A stretch of 61,791 nt of DNA, filler included. It is 6 parts of 6 records of this genome, joined end to end, with 100 filler letters (N's around TTAATTAATTAA, not from the genome) between each part and the next. Parts side by side here need not be neighbours in the genome. Positions count along the whole stretch, not along the records: positions 11,325 to 29,766 come from SRR2962707_4165; positions 29,867 to 39,818 come from SRR2962707_4167; 4 more parts are not named here. One strand, given 5' to 3'. This document shows positions 22,040-31,804 of this stretch, in pieces. The notes below the pieces were generated by a model that did no database searches, had not been told where the DNA came from, and worked only from the letters and a program-made list of their open reading frames with translations. Position 1 is the stretch's first letter. Each line of letters starts with the position of its first letter. Made by a program: the position numbers and the translations under genes.

Positions 22040-22852
22040 CTATTTCTTCCGTGCAACAAACAGATGTCCAGCAATCGGCAGGCCTTGTTCGTGGCGGACG
22101 ATGATGTCACCTGCCTCAAGCGTTTGGAAACCCGCAGCCTCAAGTGCTTCACGCACATAGCTTTGCTGATGGGCGAAGCGCTGGAAACGGCCGACGGTAT
22201 AGGGGCGGTCTTCGAAATCGGCTTCGGGCAGGGTTTCGCTTGAAAAGCAGAGGAGGGAGCCAGACAGGGCGTTTTTCGCCGCCGCTGAAAACAGCGGCTC
22301 AAGCGCGCCGAGATAGGGCAACATATCGGTGGCGGCGATGAGATCGAACGGGTCGTCGTCATTGTCTTCAAGATAATCGACGGCGTCGGCCACATAGAGC
22401 GTGTCGTAGAGACCTTTTTCATGGGCGATTTCGACCATGTTTTCAGCCAGGTCGAGGCCGGTGGCGTCGTCAACCATGTCCTCCAGTGCACCGCCGGTCA
22501 GCCCTGTGCCGCAGCCGAGATCGAGCATCCTGTCAAAACTGGTTTCGCCAAGCTCGATCAACCGCTGGCGCAACAACAACGGCACGTGATAGCCCAGATC
22601 CTCGACCAGCACCTTGTCAAACACTTCGGCATGCTGGTCGAACAGGGTAGTGACATAGGCTTCCGGCGCGCGGGTCGGCACCTCGCCACGCTTCATCGAG
22701 GCGAGCCGCACCGCAGCGCCACCATGATCGTCGGGGTCGAGTGCCAGGACTTCTGCGTAAGCCGCCGCGGCGAGATCAAAGTCGCCGGATTTCTCAAGTG
22801 AAAGAGCGCGGTTGTAGGCTTCCGCCAAAGCATCATCGTCGGTCTTGGCCAT
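22040..22852 (-). CDS. TPR-containing class I SAM methyltransferase
   Basis: N-terminal TPR-like helix, LFDQHA, LDLGCGTG, RFAH. Confidence 0.88.
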   Translation of the reverse strand: MAKTDDDALAEAYNRALSLEKSGDFDLAAAAYAEVLALDPDDHGGAAVRLASMKRGEVPTRAPEAYVTTLFDQHAEVFDKVLVEDLGYHVPLLLRQRLIELGETSFDRMLDLGCGTGLTGGALEDMVDDATGLDLAENMVEIAHEKGLYDTLYVADAVDYLEDNDDDPFDLIAATDMLPYLGALEPLFSAAAKNALSGSLLCFSSETLPEADFEDRPYTVGRFQRFAHQQSYVREALEAAGFQTLEAGDIIVRHEQGLPIAGHLFVARKK

Positions 22853-22924
22853 CGGAGGCTCCAATTGTGGTTTGGCGCTCCTTTTATACAAAGGGGCGAA
22901 CGCGGCAAGCAGCGATTGAATCAG

Positions 22925-23755
22925 TTATCGTTTGAGGTGTCGGGTCAGCCGCTGTTCCAGCTTTTCCCAGATGTTGCGCAAGGCCTCGACGATGACGAGG
23001 TAGAACACCGCAGCCCAGATATAGGTCTGGAAATCGAAGGTGCGGGAATAGGCCCGCCGGGTTTCGCCCATCAGGTCAAACACGGTGACGATGGCGACAA
23101 TCGCCGATCCCTTGATCATCAGGATGATCTCGTTGCCATAGGGTCTCAGTGCCACGATCATTGCCTGCGGCAGGATGATGCGGTGGAAGGTCTGGAACGG
23201 GGTCAGGCCGAGGGCAGCCGCGCCCTCATGCTGGCCGCGGGTAACGCTCTCGATGGCACCGCGCAGGATTTCCGCCTGATAGGCTGCGGTGTTCAGTGTG
23301 AAGGCGAACAGGGCGCAATTCCAGGCATCGCGGAAGAACACCCAGAGGCCGATGGCCTCGAACTCGTCGCGGAAGCTGCCGAAGCCGTAATAGATCAGGA
23401 ACAGTTGGGCGATCAGAGGCGTGCCGCGGAAGAAGTAGACATAGCCGTAGGCGATCGAGGAGAGGAAACGGTTGGATGACATCCGGCCAAAGGCGATGGG
23501 AACCGAGAGCAGCGCGCCCAGCGAAACCGATATGGCGACCAGGGTCAGTGTGGTGCCAAGGCCTGAAAGGAATTTCGGACCGTAAGTGGTGACCTTGTCG
23601 ATGTCCCAGGCGTCAATCAGCCACAACACCAAGGCGATGCCTGCGAGAATCCACAGGCCGAGCAGGGTTGCGCCGAGGATGCGCAGGCCGGTCCAGCGAA
23701 AGGCTTTGACCGGAGGGGCGGGCCGCGGCGGAATGAGGTCTTCGGCGATGCTCAT
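22925..23755 (-). CDS. Polar amino-acid ABC transporter permease (HisM-like)
   Basis: FFRGTPLIAQL, AAYQAEILRG, EAA-type loop. Confidence 0.92.
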   Translation of the reverse strand: MSIAEDLIPPRPAPPVKAFRWTGLRILGATLLGLWILAGIALVLWLIDAWDIDKVTTYGPKFLSGLGTTLTLVAISVSLGALLSVPIAFGRMSSNRFLSSIAYGYVYFFRGTPLIAQLFLIYYGFGSFRDEFEAIGLWVFFRDAWNCALFAFTLNTAAYQAEILRGAIESVTRGQHEGAAALGLTPFQTFHRIILPQAMIVALRPYGNEIILMIKGSAIVAIVTVFDLMGETRRAYSRTFDFQTYIWAAVFYLVIVEALRNIWEKLEQRLTRHLKR

Positions 23756-24552
23756 CGGTTGACTCCCGAACGCCGCACCCGGGTCTCGATCTTCGAGAAC
23801 ACCACCGATGAGGCCATGGCCAGGGCAAGGAACAGCAGACAGGCGGTGCCGTAGAAGAAGAAAGCTTCCTTGGTAACCTTGGCTGCAATGCCGGTCTGGC
23901 GCAGCGTGTCACCAAGCCCGATCACCGAAATGAGCGCGGTATCCTTGATCAGGATCATCCAGAGGTTGCCGAGGCCGGGCAGGGCGATGCGGACCAGCTG
24001 CGGCAGGATGATAAGCCGCATGGTCTTGCCCGGACGCAGGCCAAGCGCATAGCCCGCCTCATACTGGCCTTTGGGGATCGCCTTGAAGGCTGATGACAGC
24101 ACCTCAGAGGCGTAAGCCGAAAACACCAGTGACAGGGCGATGGTGCCGGCAACGAAGGAATTGATGTCGAAGCCGCGCTCAAACCCGAGCGCGATGGCCA
24201 GCTCCCGGACTGCAATCTGCAGGCCGAAATAGATCATGAAGATGGTCAGCAGTTCGGGCAGGCCGCGAAAGATGGTGGTGTAGATGTTGGCCGCTGTGCG
24301 CAACGTACGGATCTCGGTCTGTTTCGCCAATGACAGAAACAACCCGATGATCAGGCCTATGGGAAGCGTGCATGCCGCAAGCGTGATGGTGACGAAAAAA
24401 CCGCGTGCGACCTCGTCGCCCCAACCGGTGTCGCCGCACGACAGCAGAGATCCTTCCGGGAGCAGGTTGAGCATTCCCAGCGGGCCGCAGAATGGATCGA
24501 ACAGCGATACGAACGCATAAAGCTGGCCTCCCAGCGTTGCCGTCGGTTCCAT
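23752..24552 (-). CDS. Polar amino-acid ABC transporter permease (HisQ-like)
   Basis: IFRGLPELL, IPKGQYEAG, LPGLGNLW, KDTAL. Confidence 0.92.
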   Translation of the reverse strand: MEPTATLGGQLYAFVSLFDPFCGPLGMLNLLPEGSLLSCGDTGWGDEVARGFFVTITLAACTLPIGLIIGLFLSLAKQTEIRTLRTAANIYTTIFRGLPELLTIFMIYFGLQIAVRELAIALGFERGFDINSFVAGTIALSLVFSAYASEVLSSAFKAIPKGQYEAGYALGLRPGKTMRLIILPQLVRIALPGLGNLWMILIKDTALISVIGLGDTLRQTGIAAKVTKEAFFFYGTACLLFLALAMASSVVFSKIETRVRRSGVNR

Positions 24553-24596
24553 GCTGTCCCCTGACCTTCGCCGCTTGTGCGGTCTTGAAGTGCAAC

Positions 24597-24619
24597 GGCG
24601 GACGAAAGCCTCGTCCGCC
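24597..24619. other. Intercistronic stem-loop between the binding-protein and permease genes
   Basis: GGCGGACGA-AAGCC-TCGTCCGCC perfect stem. Confidence 0.55.
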
Positions 24620-24653
24620 GCCTGTTTGCGGTACTTACCGGTGAATGTCCGGC

Positions 24654-25451
24654 TTAGTCGCCATAGACGTCAACGTCAAAATACTTGTCGTTGATGGTCT
24701 TGTAGGTGCCGTTGTCGCGGATTGCGGCAATCGCCGTGTTGAACATGTCGCGCAGCTCGGTTTCGCCCTTGCGGATGGCGATGCCTGCGCCTTCGCCATT
24801 GATCACCGGATCGGGTGTCAGTGTGCCAAGCAGCTTGCAGCAGGTGCCTGCATCCGACTTGAGCCATTCGGAAAGCACGATCACATCGTCGATGACCGCA
24901 TCGACACGGCCCGAATCGATGTCGAGCTTGTACTCGTCAGGTGTCGGGTAAAGCTTCAGTTCGGCTGACGGCAGCTTCTCTTCGGCATAGTTGGAGTGCG
25001 TGGTCGAAGACTGTGCACCAATCACCTTGCCTGCGAGGCCTGCGTCGGTTGCCTCGGTGATCGGGCTATCCTTGGGCACGGCAATGGCTGGCGGGGTGTT
25101 GTAGTACTTGTCGGTGAAGTCGACCTTCTCCTTGCGCTCTTCGGTGATCGACATCGAAGCGATGATGGCGTCGAACTTGCCGGCGAGAAGAGCTGGAATG
25201 ATGCCATCCCAATCCTGGGTGACAAACTCGCACTCGACCTTCATTTCTTCGCAAAGCGCCTTGGCGATGTCGATGTCAAAGCCGACGAGGCTGCCGTCGG
25301 ATTCAAGATTGTTGAAGGGCGGGTAGGCGCCTTCGGTTCCAATGACGACTTTCTTCATGCCGCCATGGCTGGCTGCCTGGGCCGCAGCACCCATCGACAG
25401 GATGAGCGCGGCAGCGGAGACTGCCAGCGTGATGCGTTGGGAAATAAACAT
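24654..25451 (-). CDS. Amino-acid ABC transporter substrate-binding protein (ArgT/HisJ family)
   Basis: Signal peptide, GTEGAYPPFN, GFDIDIA, WDGIIPAL, SMSITEER. Confidence 0.93.
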   Translation of the reverse strand: MFISQRITLAVSAAALILSMGAAAQAASHGGMKKVVIGTEGAYPPFNNLESDGSLVGFDIDIAKALCEEMKVECEFVTQDWDGIIPALLAGKFDAIIASMSITEERKEKVDFTDKYYNTPPAIAVPKDSPITEATDAGLAGKVIGAQSSTTHSNYAEEKLPSAELKLYPTPDEYKLDIDSGRVDAVIDDVIVLSEWLKSDAGTCCKLLGTLTPDPVINGEGAGIAIRKGETELRDMFNTAIAAIRDNGTYKTINDKYFDVDVYGD

Positions 25452-25752
25452 AGGTGTCCTCTCTGTTGGCAGGATTGAGGCTTGTTGACCGCCGCATTCC
25501 CATGATCGCAGGTGATCTTCACCGCGCTGGGACGAATATTCCCACTGTTTCAAGGATGATTGCAACAGAAAATAACAGCTTACCCAATGTCAAATCAGGT
25601 AAGATTTGAGGGGTGCCATTCGGGACCTTGTCCTGGCAAGCGGGTGGTCAGTCCGAGGAGGAGGGCCGGCGGCTCGGAGGTCTAAGCGGAAAGATCGCCC
25701 GTTGGGCGGTCTTGTTACTCATCTCAGATGCGCATCCGCAAAGTTGTCAGCT

Positions 25753-26979
25753 TCAAGCCCGGCCGATCTTGGCATCAGCATCAAGGCTGTTTTCGACGCG
25801 GATCACGTAGAGCGTTGCAAAAACCGAGAGGATGCAGGAGGTCAGCATGACGATGATCAGCGGGTATGGCCCGGTCTCGGCAGACAGAATGGCGCCGGCC
25901 AGAGCCGACAATCCCGCACCGCCACCGATCATCATGGCGCCGCCGAGGCCGGAAGCTGATCCTGCCAGATGCGGGCGGACACTGACAATGCCGGCATTGG
26001 CGCTTGGAAGCGTTACGCCATTTCCAAGGCCGAGGAAGAAGATCGGACCGAAGAAAGACAAGGGATGCCAAAATCCGGCGAGAAACAGCAGCAAGGCCAG
26101 GATCATGCCGAAAGTTGCGATGATACAACCGGTCACCATCATGCGGTTGAGGCCAATTCTGCTGGCAAAACGACCGGAGAGGAAGTTTCCGGTCATGTAT
26201 CCCAGCGCGATGAACATGAAATATAGGCCGAGTTCGGAGGGCTGCATGTCAAGAATTCGGGTGGCCACAAACGGGCCGCCGCCGAGAAACGAGAAAAAAG
26301 ACCCTGAAGCAAACGTCGCAGTCAGAGAATATCCCCAGAACCGGCGCGAGCGGATGAGTTCGGGATAAGCACCGAATTGCTTGAGCATGCTGGGAGAGCG
26401 ATTGAGGTTGGTTTCGCCCAAATCGGTCAACAGCAGGAAGAAAGCCGCCAAGCCAAAGACGAAAAGAAGGGCGAAGACTGATTGCCAACCGAATAGTTCT
26501 TCCATCAAGCCGCCCAGCGCCGGGCCGACCATCGGTGCCAGCGTCATGCCCATGGTGACATATCCGATCATCGAGGCGGCCTGCTCTGTGCCGACGATGT
26601 CACGCACAATGGCGCGCGAGAGCACCATGCCGGACACAACGCCGGCCTGGAGCATGCGGATTGCCAGAAAGGCTTCGATCGAGGGTGCGAAGGGGGTGAG
26701 TGCCGTCGCGACAAGAAAAATGATGAGGCTGACAATCAACACCGGTCGCCGCCCGTAGCGGTCGGACAACGGGCCGATGATCAGCTGCAACAGCCCGGTT
26801 ACCGCCAGATAGCCAGATACCGCCAGCTGAACCAGAGCATAATCCGCCTGGTAATAGGTGGAGATGCCAGGCAGCGAGGGGAGAATGAGGTTCATGTTCA
26901 ACGCACTTAGCCCGGCAATCACCACGAGGGTGGCAATGTGAGGCGGCGTCGTTCGATCGAGAAATAGTGTTTTTGTCAT
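25753..26979 (-). CDS. Bcr/CflA family MFS efflux transporter
   Basis: LPSLP, GPLSDRYGRRPV, RAIVRD, about 12 TM segments. Confidence 0.9.
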   Translation of the reverse strand: MTKTLFLDRTTPPHIATLVVIAGLSALNMNLILPSLPGISTYYQADYALVQLAVSGYLAVTGLLQLIIGPLSDRYGRRPVLIVSLIIFLVATALTPFAPSIEAFLAIRMLQAGVVSGMVLSRAIVRDIVGTEQAASMIGYVTMGMTLAPMVGPALGGLMEELFGWQSVFALLFVFGLAAFFLLLTDLGETNLNRSPSMLKQFGAYPELIRSRRFWGYSLTATFASGSFFSFLGGGPFVATRILDMQPSELGLYFMFIALGYMTGNFLSGRFASRIGLNRMMVTGCIIATFGMILALLLFLAGFWHPLSFFGPIFFLGLGNGVTLPSANAGIVSVRPHLAGSASGLGGAMMIGGGAGLSALAGAILSAETGPYPLIIVMLTSCILSVFATLYVIRVENSLDADAKIGRA

Positions 26980-27140
26980 CAGTCCTGTTTTGTGGGTTCA
27001 GCGGCAGCGATGCAAACAAAAACCGTCTTGCGTGGTTGTCTTGTTTGCAGGGCCGTTCTCATTGAGGGGGATCAGATTCGGGGCGGGTGGATGGAAAGCG
27101 AATAGAATTTACTTTGCAAATTTGAATAGAAAACTTGGTT

Positions 27141-27177
27141 ACAATAGATTTTTGGGGTATTTATTCTAATCTATTGT
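27141..27177. promoter_or_regulatory. Operator-like inverted repeat ACAATAGATT-N17-AATCTATTGT in an AT-rich intergenic region
   Basis: Perfect 10-bp arms. Extra GAATAGAA copies at 27100 and 27124. Confidence 0.5.
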
Positions 27178-27195
27178 TTGGGGTGGTGCAGTTAC

Positions 27196-27432
27196 ATGTC
27201 CGGCAACGGCGAAATTGACCAGTGTCCGTTCTGCAATGCGGTATGGGGCGATTGCTCGCATATCCAGTTGCTCATGGCGCTGGAAGCTGAAACATCGACC
27301 CACGGGACGACCGGATTTCGTGCATGCGCATCGTCCAAACATCAGCCAGATACGTCAACTGAAAAGCCGGTTGCTGCTGGTGGAACACCCCGGAAGCTCG
27401 ATCAGAACAAGAGCGACTTCGGCTCATGGTGA
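27196..27432 (+). CDS. Small hypothetical protein with CPFC...C.H motif
   Basis: 78-aa ORF after the AT-rich region. It overlaps the DMT gene end by 9 nt. Confidence 0.4.
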   Translation: MSGNGEIDQCPFCNAVWGDCSHIQLLMALEAETSTHGTTGFRACASSKHQPDTSTEKPVAAGGTPRKLDQNKSDFGSW

Positions 27433-28332
27433 GTGGCGCGTCGAGGCGCGGCTTGCGGGTTTGGCGGTGCTTTTAATGCGTTCGCGATACAGTGTGTAGA
27501 GACCCGAACCGATTACGATCGTACCGCCGGTTATCATGAAAGCATCAGGGAATTCGCCAAACACCACCATTCCCAGCAGCAATGCCCAAATGAAGCCTGT
27601 ATAGCGGAATGGTGCGATGAATGAGATATCGCCCTCGCGCATCGACATGATGATAAACTGGTAGCCGACCAGTACCAGGCAGGCAGCAAGACCGATAAAG
27701 CCGAAATTGACCGCGCTGACGGGTCGCCATCCTCCCATCGGCGAGGTCAGCACCAGACCTGCAACCGCCACGGCAGCCGCGGTGATTGTCGACAGGAACA
27801 GCGACGGAATTGCCGAATTGATCTTTCGGGTCGCGATATCGCGGACGGACGCGAAAATCACGGTGCCAACAATCATCAGCGCGTAGGGCGAGAACCCGTC
27901 GAGCCCCGGCCTGACGATGATCAGGACCCCGGCAAAGCCAACCAGAATAGCACCCCATCGTCTCCAGCCAACAGGTTCGGACAGGAACAGCGCCGCGCCC
28001 ATGGTAACTGCCAGCGGCAAGGCCTGAAGGATTGCTGATGCGTTGGCGAGCGGAATGTGGGACAGGCCGATCAGGAAAGTCAGCGTTCCGCCAATTTCGC
28101 CGATCAGGCGGAGCGCAACCCACTGGTCGACCAGGACGCGTAGCGGACGAAGCGCCCGCTTGTGGCGGGCCAGCAGGAAGATCAGCAGCGTTGCGATAAC
28201 CCCGCGAAGGAACATCACCTGCGCAACATTGATATCATCTGTCAGCAGCTTGACGATTGAATCATTGAACGTGAACCCTGCCATCGACAAGGACATGAAC
28301 AGGGCGCCGCGCATGTTGGGGGTAATAGCCAT
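27424..28332 (-). CDS. DMT/EamA family transporter
   Basis: About 10 TM segments, LSEPVGWRRW, APFRY. Confidence 0.9.
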   Translation of the reverse strand: MAITPNMRGALFMSLSMAGFTFNDSIVKLLTDDINVAQVMFLRGVIATLLIFLLARHKRALRPLRVLVDQWVALRLIGEIGGTLTFLIGLSHIPLANASAILQALPLAVTMGAALFLSEPVGWRRWGAILVGFAGVLIIVRPGLDGFSPYALMIVGTVIFASVRDIATRKINSAIPSLFLSTITAAAVAVAGLVLTSPMGGWRPVSAVNFGFIGLAACLVLVGYQFIIMSMREGDISFIAPFRYTGFIWALLLGMVVFGEFPDAFMITGGTIVIGSGLYTLYRERIKSTAKPASRASTRHSP

Positions 28333-28441
28333 GGTACATCCGGAACTGGCCGGCATGGAATCGCTGGCACGATGGCCAAGGTAACATTGTTACTGGTGGC
28401 AACACAGTCCGGGCGGGTTGTCCGCCCATCACCGAAATTGA

Positions 28442-29542
28442 TCAATCGCGGGCTTCGATCCACTGGATCAATTCAGCATCATCGTCATCGATGATGCTTC
28501 TGGCCGCGCGCCGGCCAACAGCGGCCCCAAACTTGTAGCCATGGCCCGAGCAGGCCGAGACGACCATGGATTTGCCGAACCGGCGTGCCAGGAAGTGCTC
28601 ATCATGCGTAAAGGTGTAGGCGCAGGACACCACATCGGTGATGCGGTATTCGTCAAGCCGGGCGAAGCTTTGCGCGAAATGCGACAGGATCTGCCTGCCT
28701 TCTTCCGGTTGGACCTCCCGGTTTTCGTCCGGATTGGGGTTTTTCACCTTGTGCATGCCGGTGCCGAACTTGAGACCGGCGCCACGAACCGGCGGCAGAA
28801 CGTATCCGTCGGATGTCCCGCCGGTTTCCAGGATGACGGGAGACGTGGCCCAGGCTTCAGCCAGGTCGGCCGGTGGTTCGAGATAGGCCACCGCAGTTCG
28901 CCACGGGGTCAATTCAGACTGCAATTGGGGAACCAGACCGGGAGCCCAGGCGCCGGCGGTAATGATGATCCTGTCGAAATCGAATCGCTCTTCGTTTGTG
29001 GTCAGGAGTTCGCCGGTGTCGTGGCCGAGCGAGCGGATTTCGGTGTGATCCTTGACCACGCAGCCATTGGTTCTGAGCCAGCCCACAAGGTCGGTAGCTA
29101 TATGTCGGCACATCAGTGCGCCGCCCTCGGGGCTGAAGGTGACTTCCGAGATGCTTGCAGGATCCAGATAGGGATAGCGCCTGAGCGCTTCCTCGACGGG
29201 CAGTGTTTCATGCGGGTCGCCTTGATCGGCAAGGCCCTGTCGCATCTCGTCGCCCATGTCTCCGGGGTAAAGCGATACCAGCAGAAAGCCGTTGGCGACG
29301 AGATGGTTCTGGTCGATATCGTCCCACATTTCGGCCCAGGCATCATAGGCTTCGGTGATGCGGCGCTGGTAGCCGCCCTGGCTGCCATAGGCGCGGCGGA
29401 TGATGCGGTGATGATCACCAGATGCGCCAAGCGGATTGGGAATCGGCCCGCGCTCGAACAGCGTTGTCTCGACGCCAGACTTGGTCAGGGCCCAAGCCGT
29501 GGACAGGCCGGCAATCCCGCCGCCAATGACTGCAACGCGCAT
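28442..29542 (-). CDS. FAD-dependent oxidoreductase (sarcosine oxidase/MTOX family)
   Basis: VIGGGIAG, RIIRRAYG, CAYT, ACSGHGYKF. Confidence 0.88.
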   Translation of the reverse strand: MRVAVIGGGIAGLSTAWALTKSGVETTLFERGPIPNPLGASGDHHRIIRRAYGSQGGYQRRITEAYDAWAEMWDDIDQNHLVANGFLLVSLYPGDMGDEMRQGLADQGDPHETLPVEEALRRYPYLDPASISEVTFSPEGGALMCRHIATDLVGWLRTNGCVVKDHTEIRSLGHDTGELLTTNEERFDFDRIIITAGAWAPGLVPQLQSELTPWRTAVAYLEPPADLAEAWATSPVILETGGTSDGYVLPPVRGAGLKFGTGMHKVKNPNPDENREVQPEEGRQILSHFAQSFARLDEYRITDVVSCAYTFTHDEHFLARRFGKSMVVSACSGHGYKFGAAVGRRAARSIIDDDDAELIQWIEARD

Positions 29543-29565
29543 TGTTTTGATGCTCCGTGGAGAAT

Positions 29566-29766
29566 TCAGCCGCCGGTGACGCTCATGTGGCGGGAAACCG
29601 CAGGCTGCTTGGTTGTCCGGTCAATAATGAAATCATGACCCTTGGGCTTGCGGGTGATGGCCTCGTCGATTGCCGTCGACAGCAATTCATTGCCTTCTGA
29701 CGCGCGCAGTGGCGTCCGCAGGTCGGCCGCATCGTTCTGGCCCAGGCACATGTAGAGCGTGCCGGT
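29566..29766 (-). CDS. moaA: GTP 3',8-cyclase C-terminus (5' truncated)
   Basis: LYMCLG...[10 protein letters not shown] and the C-terminal RHMSVTGG. Confidence 0.88.
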   Translation of the reverse strand, partial: TGTLYMCLGQNDAADLRTPLRASEGNELLSTAIDEAITRKPKGHDFIIDRTTKQPAVSRHMSVTGG

Positions 29767-29866
29767 NNNNNNNNNNNNNNNNNNNNNNNNNNNNNNNNNN
29801 NNNNNNNNNNTTAATTAATTAANNNNNNNNNNNNNNNNNNNNNNNNNNNNNNNNNNNNNNNNNNNN
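29767..29866. other. Artificial contig spacer
   Basis: Same N/stop linker. Confidence 0.99.
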
Positions 29867-30773
29867 CGGGCTGTCGGGCACCGGCAAGACCACCCTTTCG
29901 ACAGATCCCGAGCGCATCCTGATCGGCGATGACGAGCACGGCTGGTCCGATGATGGCGTTTTCAACCTCGAAGGCGGCTGCTACGCCAAGACAATCAACC
30001 TCTCGGCCAAGGCCGAGCCGGAAATCTTCGGCGCCACAAAGCGCTTCGGCACCGTGCTCGAAAACGTGGTGCTTGACGAGCATTCGCGCGAACCCGATTT
30101 CAACGACGGTTCGAAAACCGAAAACACCCGCGCTGCCTACCCGCTCTATGTGCTCGACAATGTCTCGCGCACCGGCACCGGGCCCACACCCACCAATATC
30201 GTGCTTTTGACCGCCGATGCGTTCGGCGTCCTGCCCCCGATCGCCCGGCTGTCGCCCGAACAGGCCATCTACCACTTCCTGTCGGGCTACACCGCCAAGG
30301 TCGCGGGCACCGAGCGCGGCGTCACCGAACCCGAGGCCACCTTCTCGGCCTGTTTCGGCGCCCCGTTCATGAGCCTGCACCCCACGGTCTATGGCCGCAT
30401 GCTCAAGAAGCGCATCCGTGAGAGCCTTGCCGAATGCTGGCTCATCAACACCGGCTGGACCGGCGGCGCCTATGGCGTTGGCAAGCGTATTTCGATCAAG
30501 GACACCCGCCGCCTGCTCAACGCGGCCCTGTCGGGCGAACTGATCAACGTGCCGGCCCGCATCGATCCGGTTTTCGGCTTTGCCGTCCCGCTCGCCGTCG
30601 AAGGTGTGGATTCCAAACTCCTCACCCCGCGCGAGACCTGGGAAGACAAGGCAGCCTATGACCGCCAGTCGGCCAGGCTGGTCAGCCTCTTTGAAGCCAA
30701 TTTCGAAAAGTTCGCTGCTGCCGACGCCCAGATCGCCGAAGCCGGCCCCCGCCTCGCGGTGGCTGCTGAATAA
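29867..30773 (+). CDS. pckA: ATP-dependent PEP carboxykinase (5' truncated)
   Basis: [42 protein letters not shown]. Confidence 0.95.
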
Positions 30774-30802
30774 GCACCGGGCACAAAGAAACTCACAGTG
30801 AG

Positions 30803-30843
30803 GAGAGCCCGCGCCGGATCCGTCCGGTGCGGGTTTTCTTTTG
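30803..30843 (+). terminator. Rho-independent terminator after pckA
   Basis: CCCGCGCCGGA...TCCGGTGCGGG stem followed by a T-rich tract. Confidence 0.7.
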
Positions 30844-30860
30844 AGGAGGTCGCCGGCAAA

Positions 30861-30970
30861 CCCATCGCCCTGTCAGCCGGCCTTGAGCCGGGGTCCGGTA
30901 CACTCGGTGCTTGGGATAGAGCCGCCAGCGCTGCCGATCCCGGGTCTTGGCCGGGGATGACCGCGATGGG
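30861..30970. repeat. REP/RIME-like palindromic intergenic element
   Basis: Outer arms CCCATCGC/GCGATGGG. Inner GTCA.CCGGCCTTGAGCCGGG...CCCGGGTC..GCCGGGGATGAC resembles rhizobial GTCATCCCGG...CCGGGATGAC repeats. Confidence 0.6.
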
Positions 30971-30993
30971 AGGCCAGCGTCAGGGCCGCCAGA

Positions 30994-31581
30994 TCAATAG
31001 AAAATGTGGTTCCCGATCGCGGCGACCTGGGTATAGGCCGATGCCCAGGAGGGCGAAACCGTCGTCGTATGGAAATGCATCGCTGTGGTCAGCCCGTCCT
31101 CGGGCCGTGCGCCTTCGAGCGATTTGCGATAGGCGATCAGCGCCATGATGTTGGACTGAACCCAGCTTTCCCGGTCGATGATATTGCCATGCCCGCCATC
31201 GTCGGGACGTCCGTCGCAGGCGAAGGAAAACTGGCAGCGATTGACCATATGCGCGTTCTGGAACACCACGCCGCAAACGGTATCGGGATAAGTGCGGCTG
31301 TCGACCCGGTTGAGGATCACCGATGCCACGGCCCATTGTCCGCGGTCGGGCTCTCCACGCGATTCATGGTAGATCGCCTGGGCAAGGCATTCGATTTCCG
31401 AAGACGCGAACGCCTTGCGCTCTTCGGTGCTCACATAGCCCTGGGAAACGTAGTTGCTGAGCAGATCGGCTGTGAGGACCGCCTCTTCGGCGTATGCCGG
31501 AATCAGGCTCACGAGGCCGAGAACGGCCCCCGTCACCAGCTTCAGGATGGCGTGCGTGCCCCGCGCCAAAACTCCAGCCAT
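30994..31581 (-). CDS. Cell wall hydrolase (SleB/Hydrolase_2 family)
   Basis: [31 protein letters not shown]. Confidence 0.92.
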   Translation of the reverse strand: MAGVLARGTHAILKLVTGAVLGLVSLIPAYAEEAVLTADLLSNYVSQGYVSTEERKAFASSEIECLAQAIYHESRGEPDRGQWAVASVILNRVDSRTYPDTVCGVVFQNAHMVNRCQFSFACDGRPDDGGHGNIIDRESWVQSNIMALIAYRKSLEGARPEDGLTTAMHFHTTTVSPSWASAYTQVAAIGNHIFY

Positions 31582-31656
31582 GCGTCCCCTTGTCCGGTTC
31601 GGCGCCTCACAGTGGCGCCGTTATCTCGTTGCCCTGACCCATACCAGATTAAGCCA

Positions 31657-31689
31657 TTAACGCTATGTTAAGCTTAATCAATGGTTAAC
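31657..31689. promoter_or_regulatory. Two tandem CtrA-type boxes (TTAA-N7-TTAA)
   Basis: TTAA-CGCTATG-TTAA (31657-31671) and TTAA-TCAATGG-TTAAC (31674-31689) upstream of the hydrolase. Confidence 0.75.
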
Positions 31690-31804
31690 GTGTAACCGGT
31701 TTGTGCCATGTTGCAAAGAGCCCTAGAGGACGGGTCTGAATGGGGCGTGCTCCAAACGCCTTGGATTTTATGCAAATTTGCGGGGCGCGCTGGCCGCGGC
31801 GATA

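Noticed and set aside
22925..25451. ABC transporter lacking an ATPase gene
   Set aside because: Polar amino-acid ABC loci often use an ATPase encoded elsewhere. There is no sign of decay.
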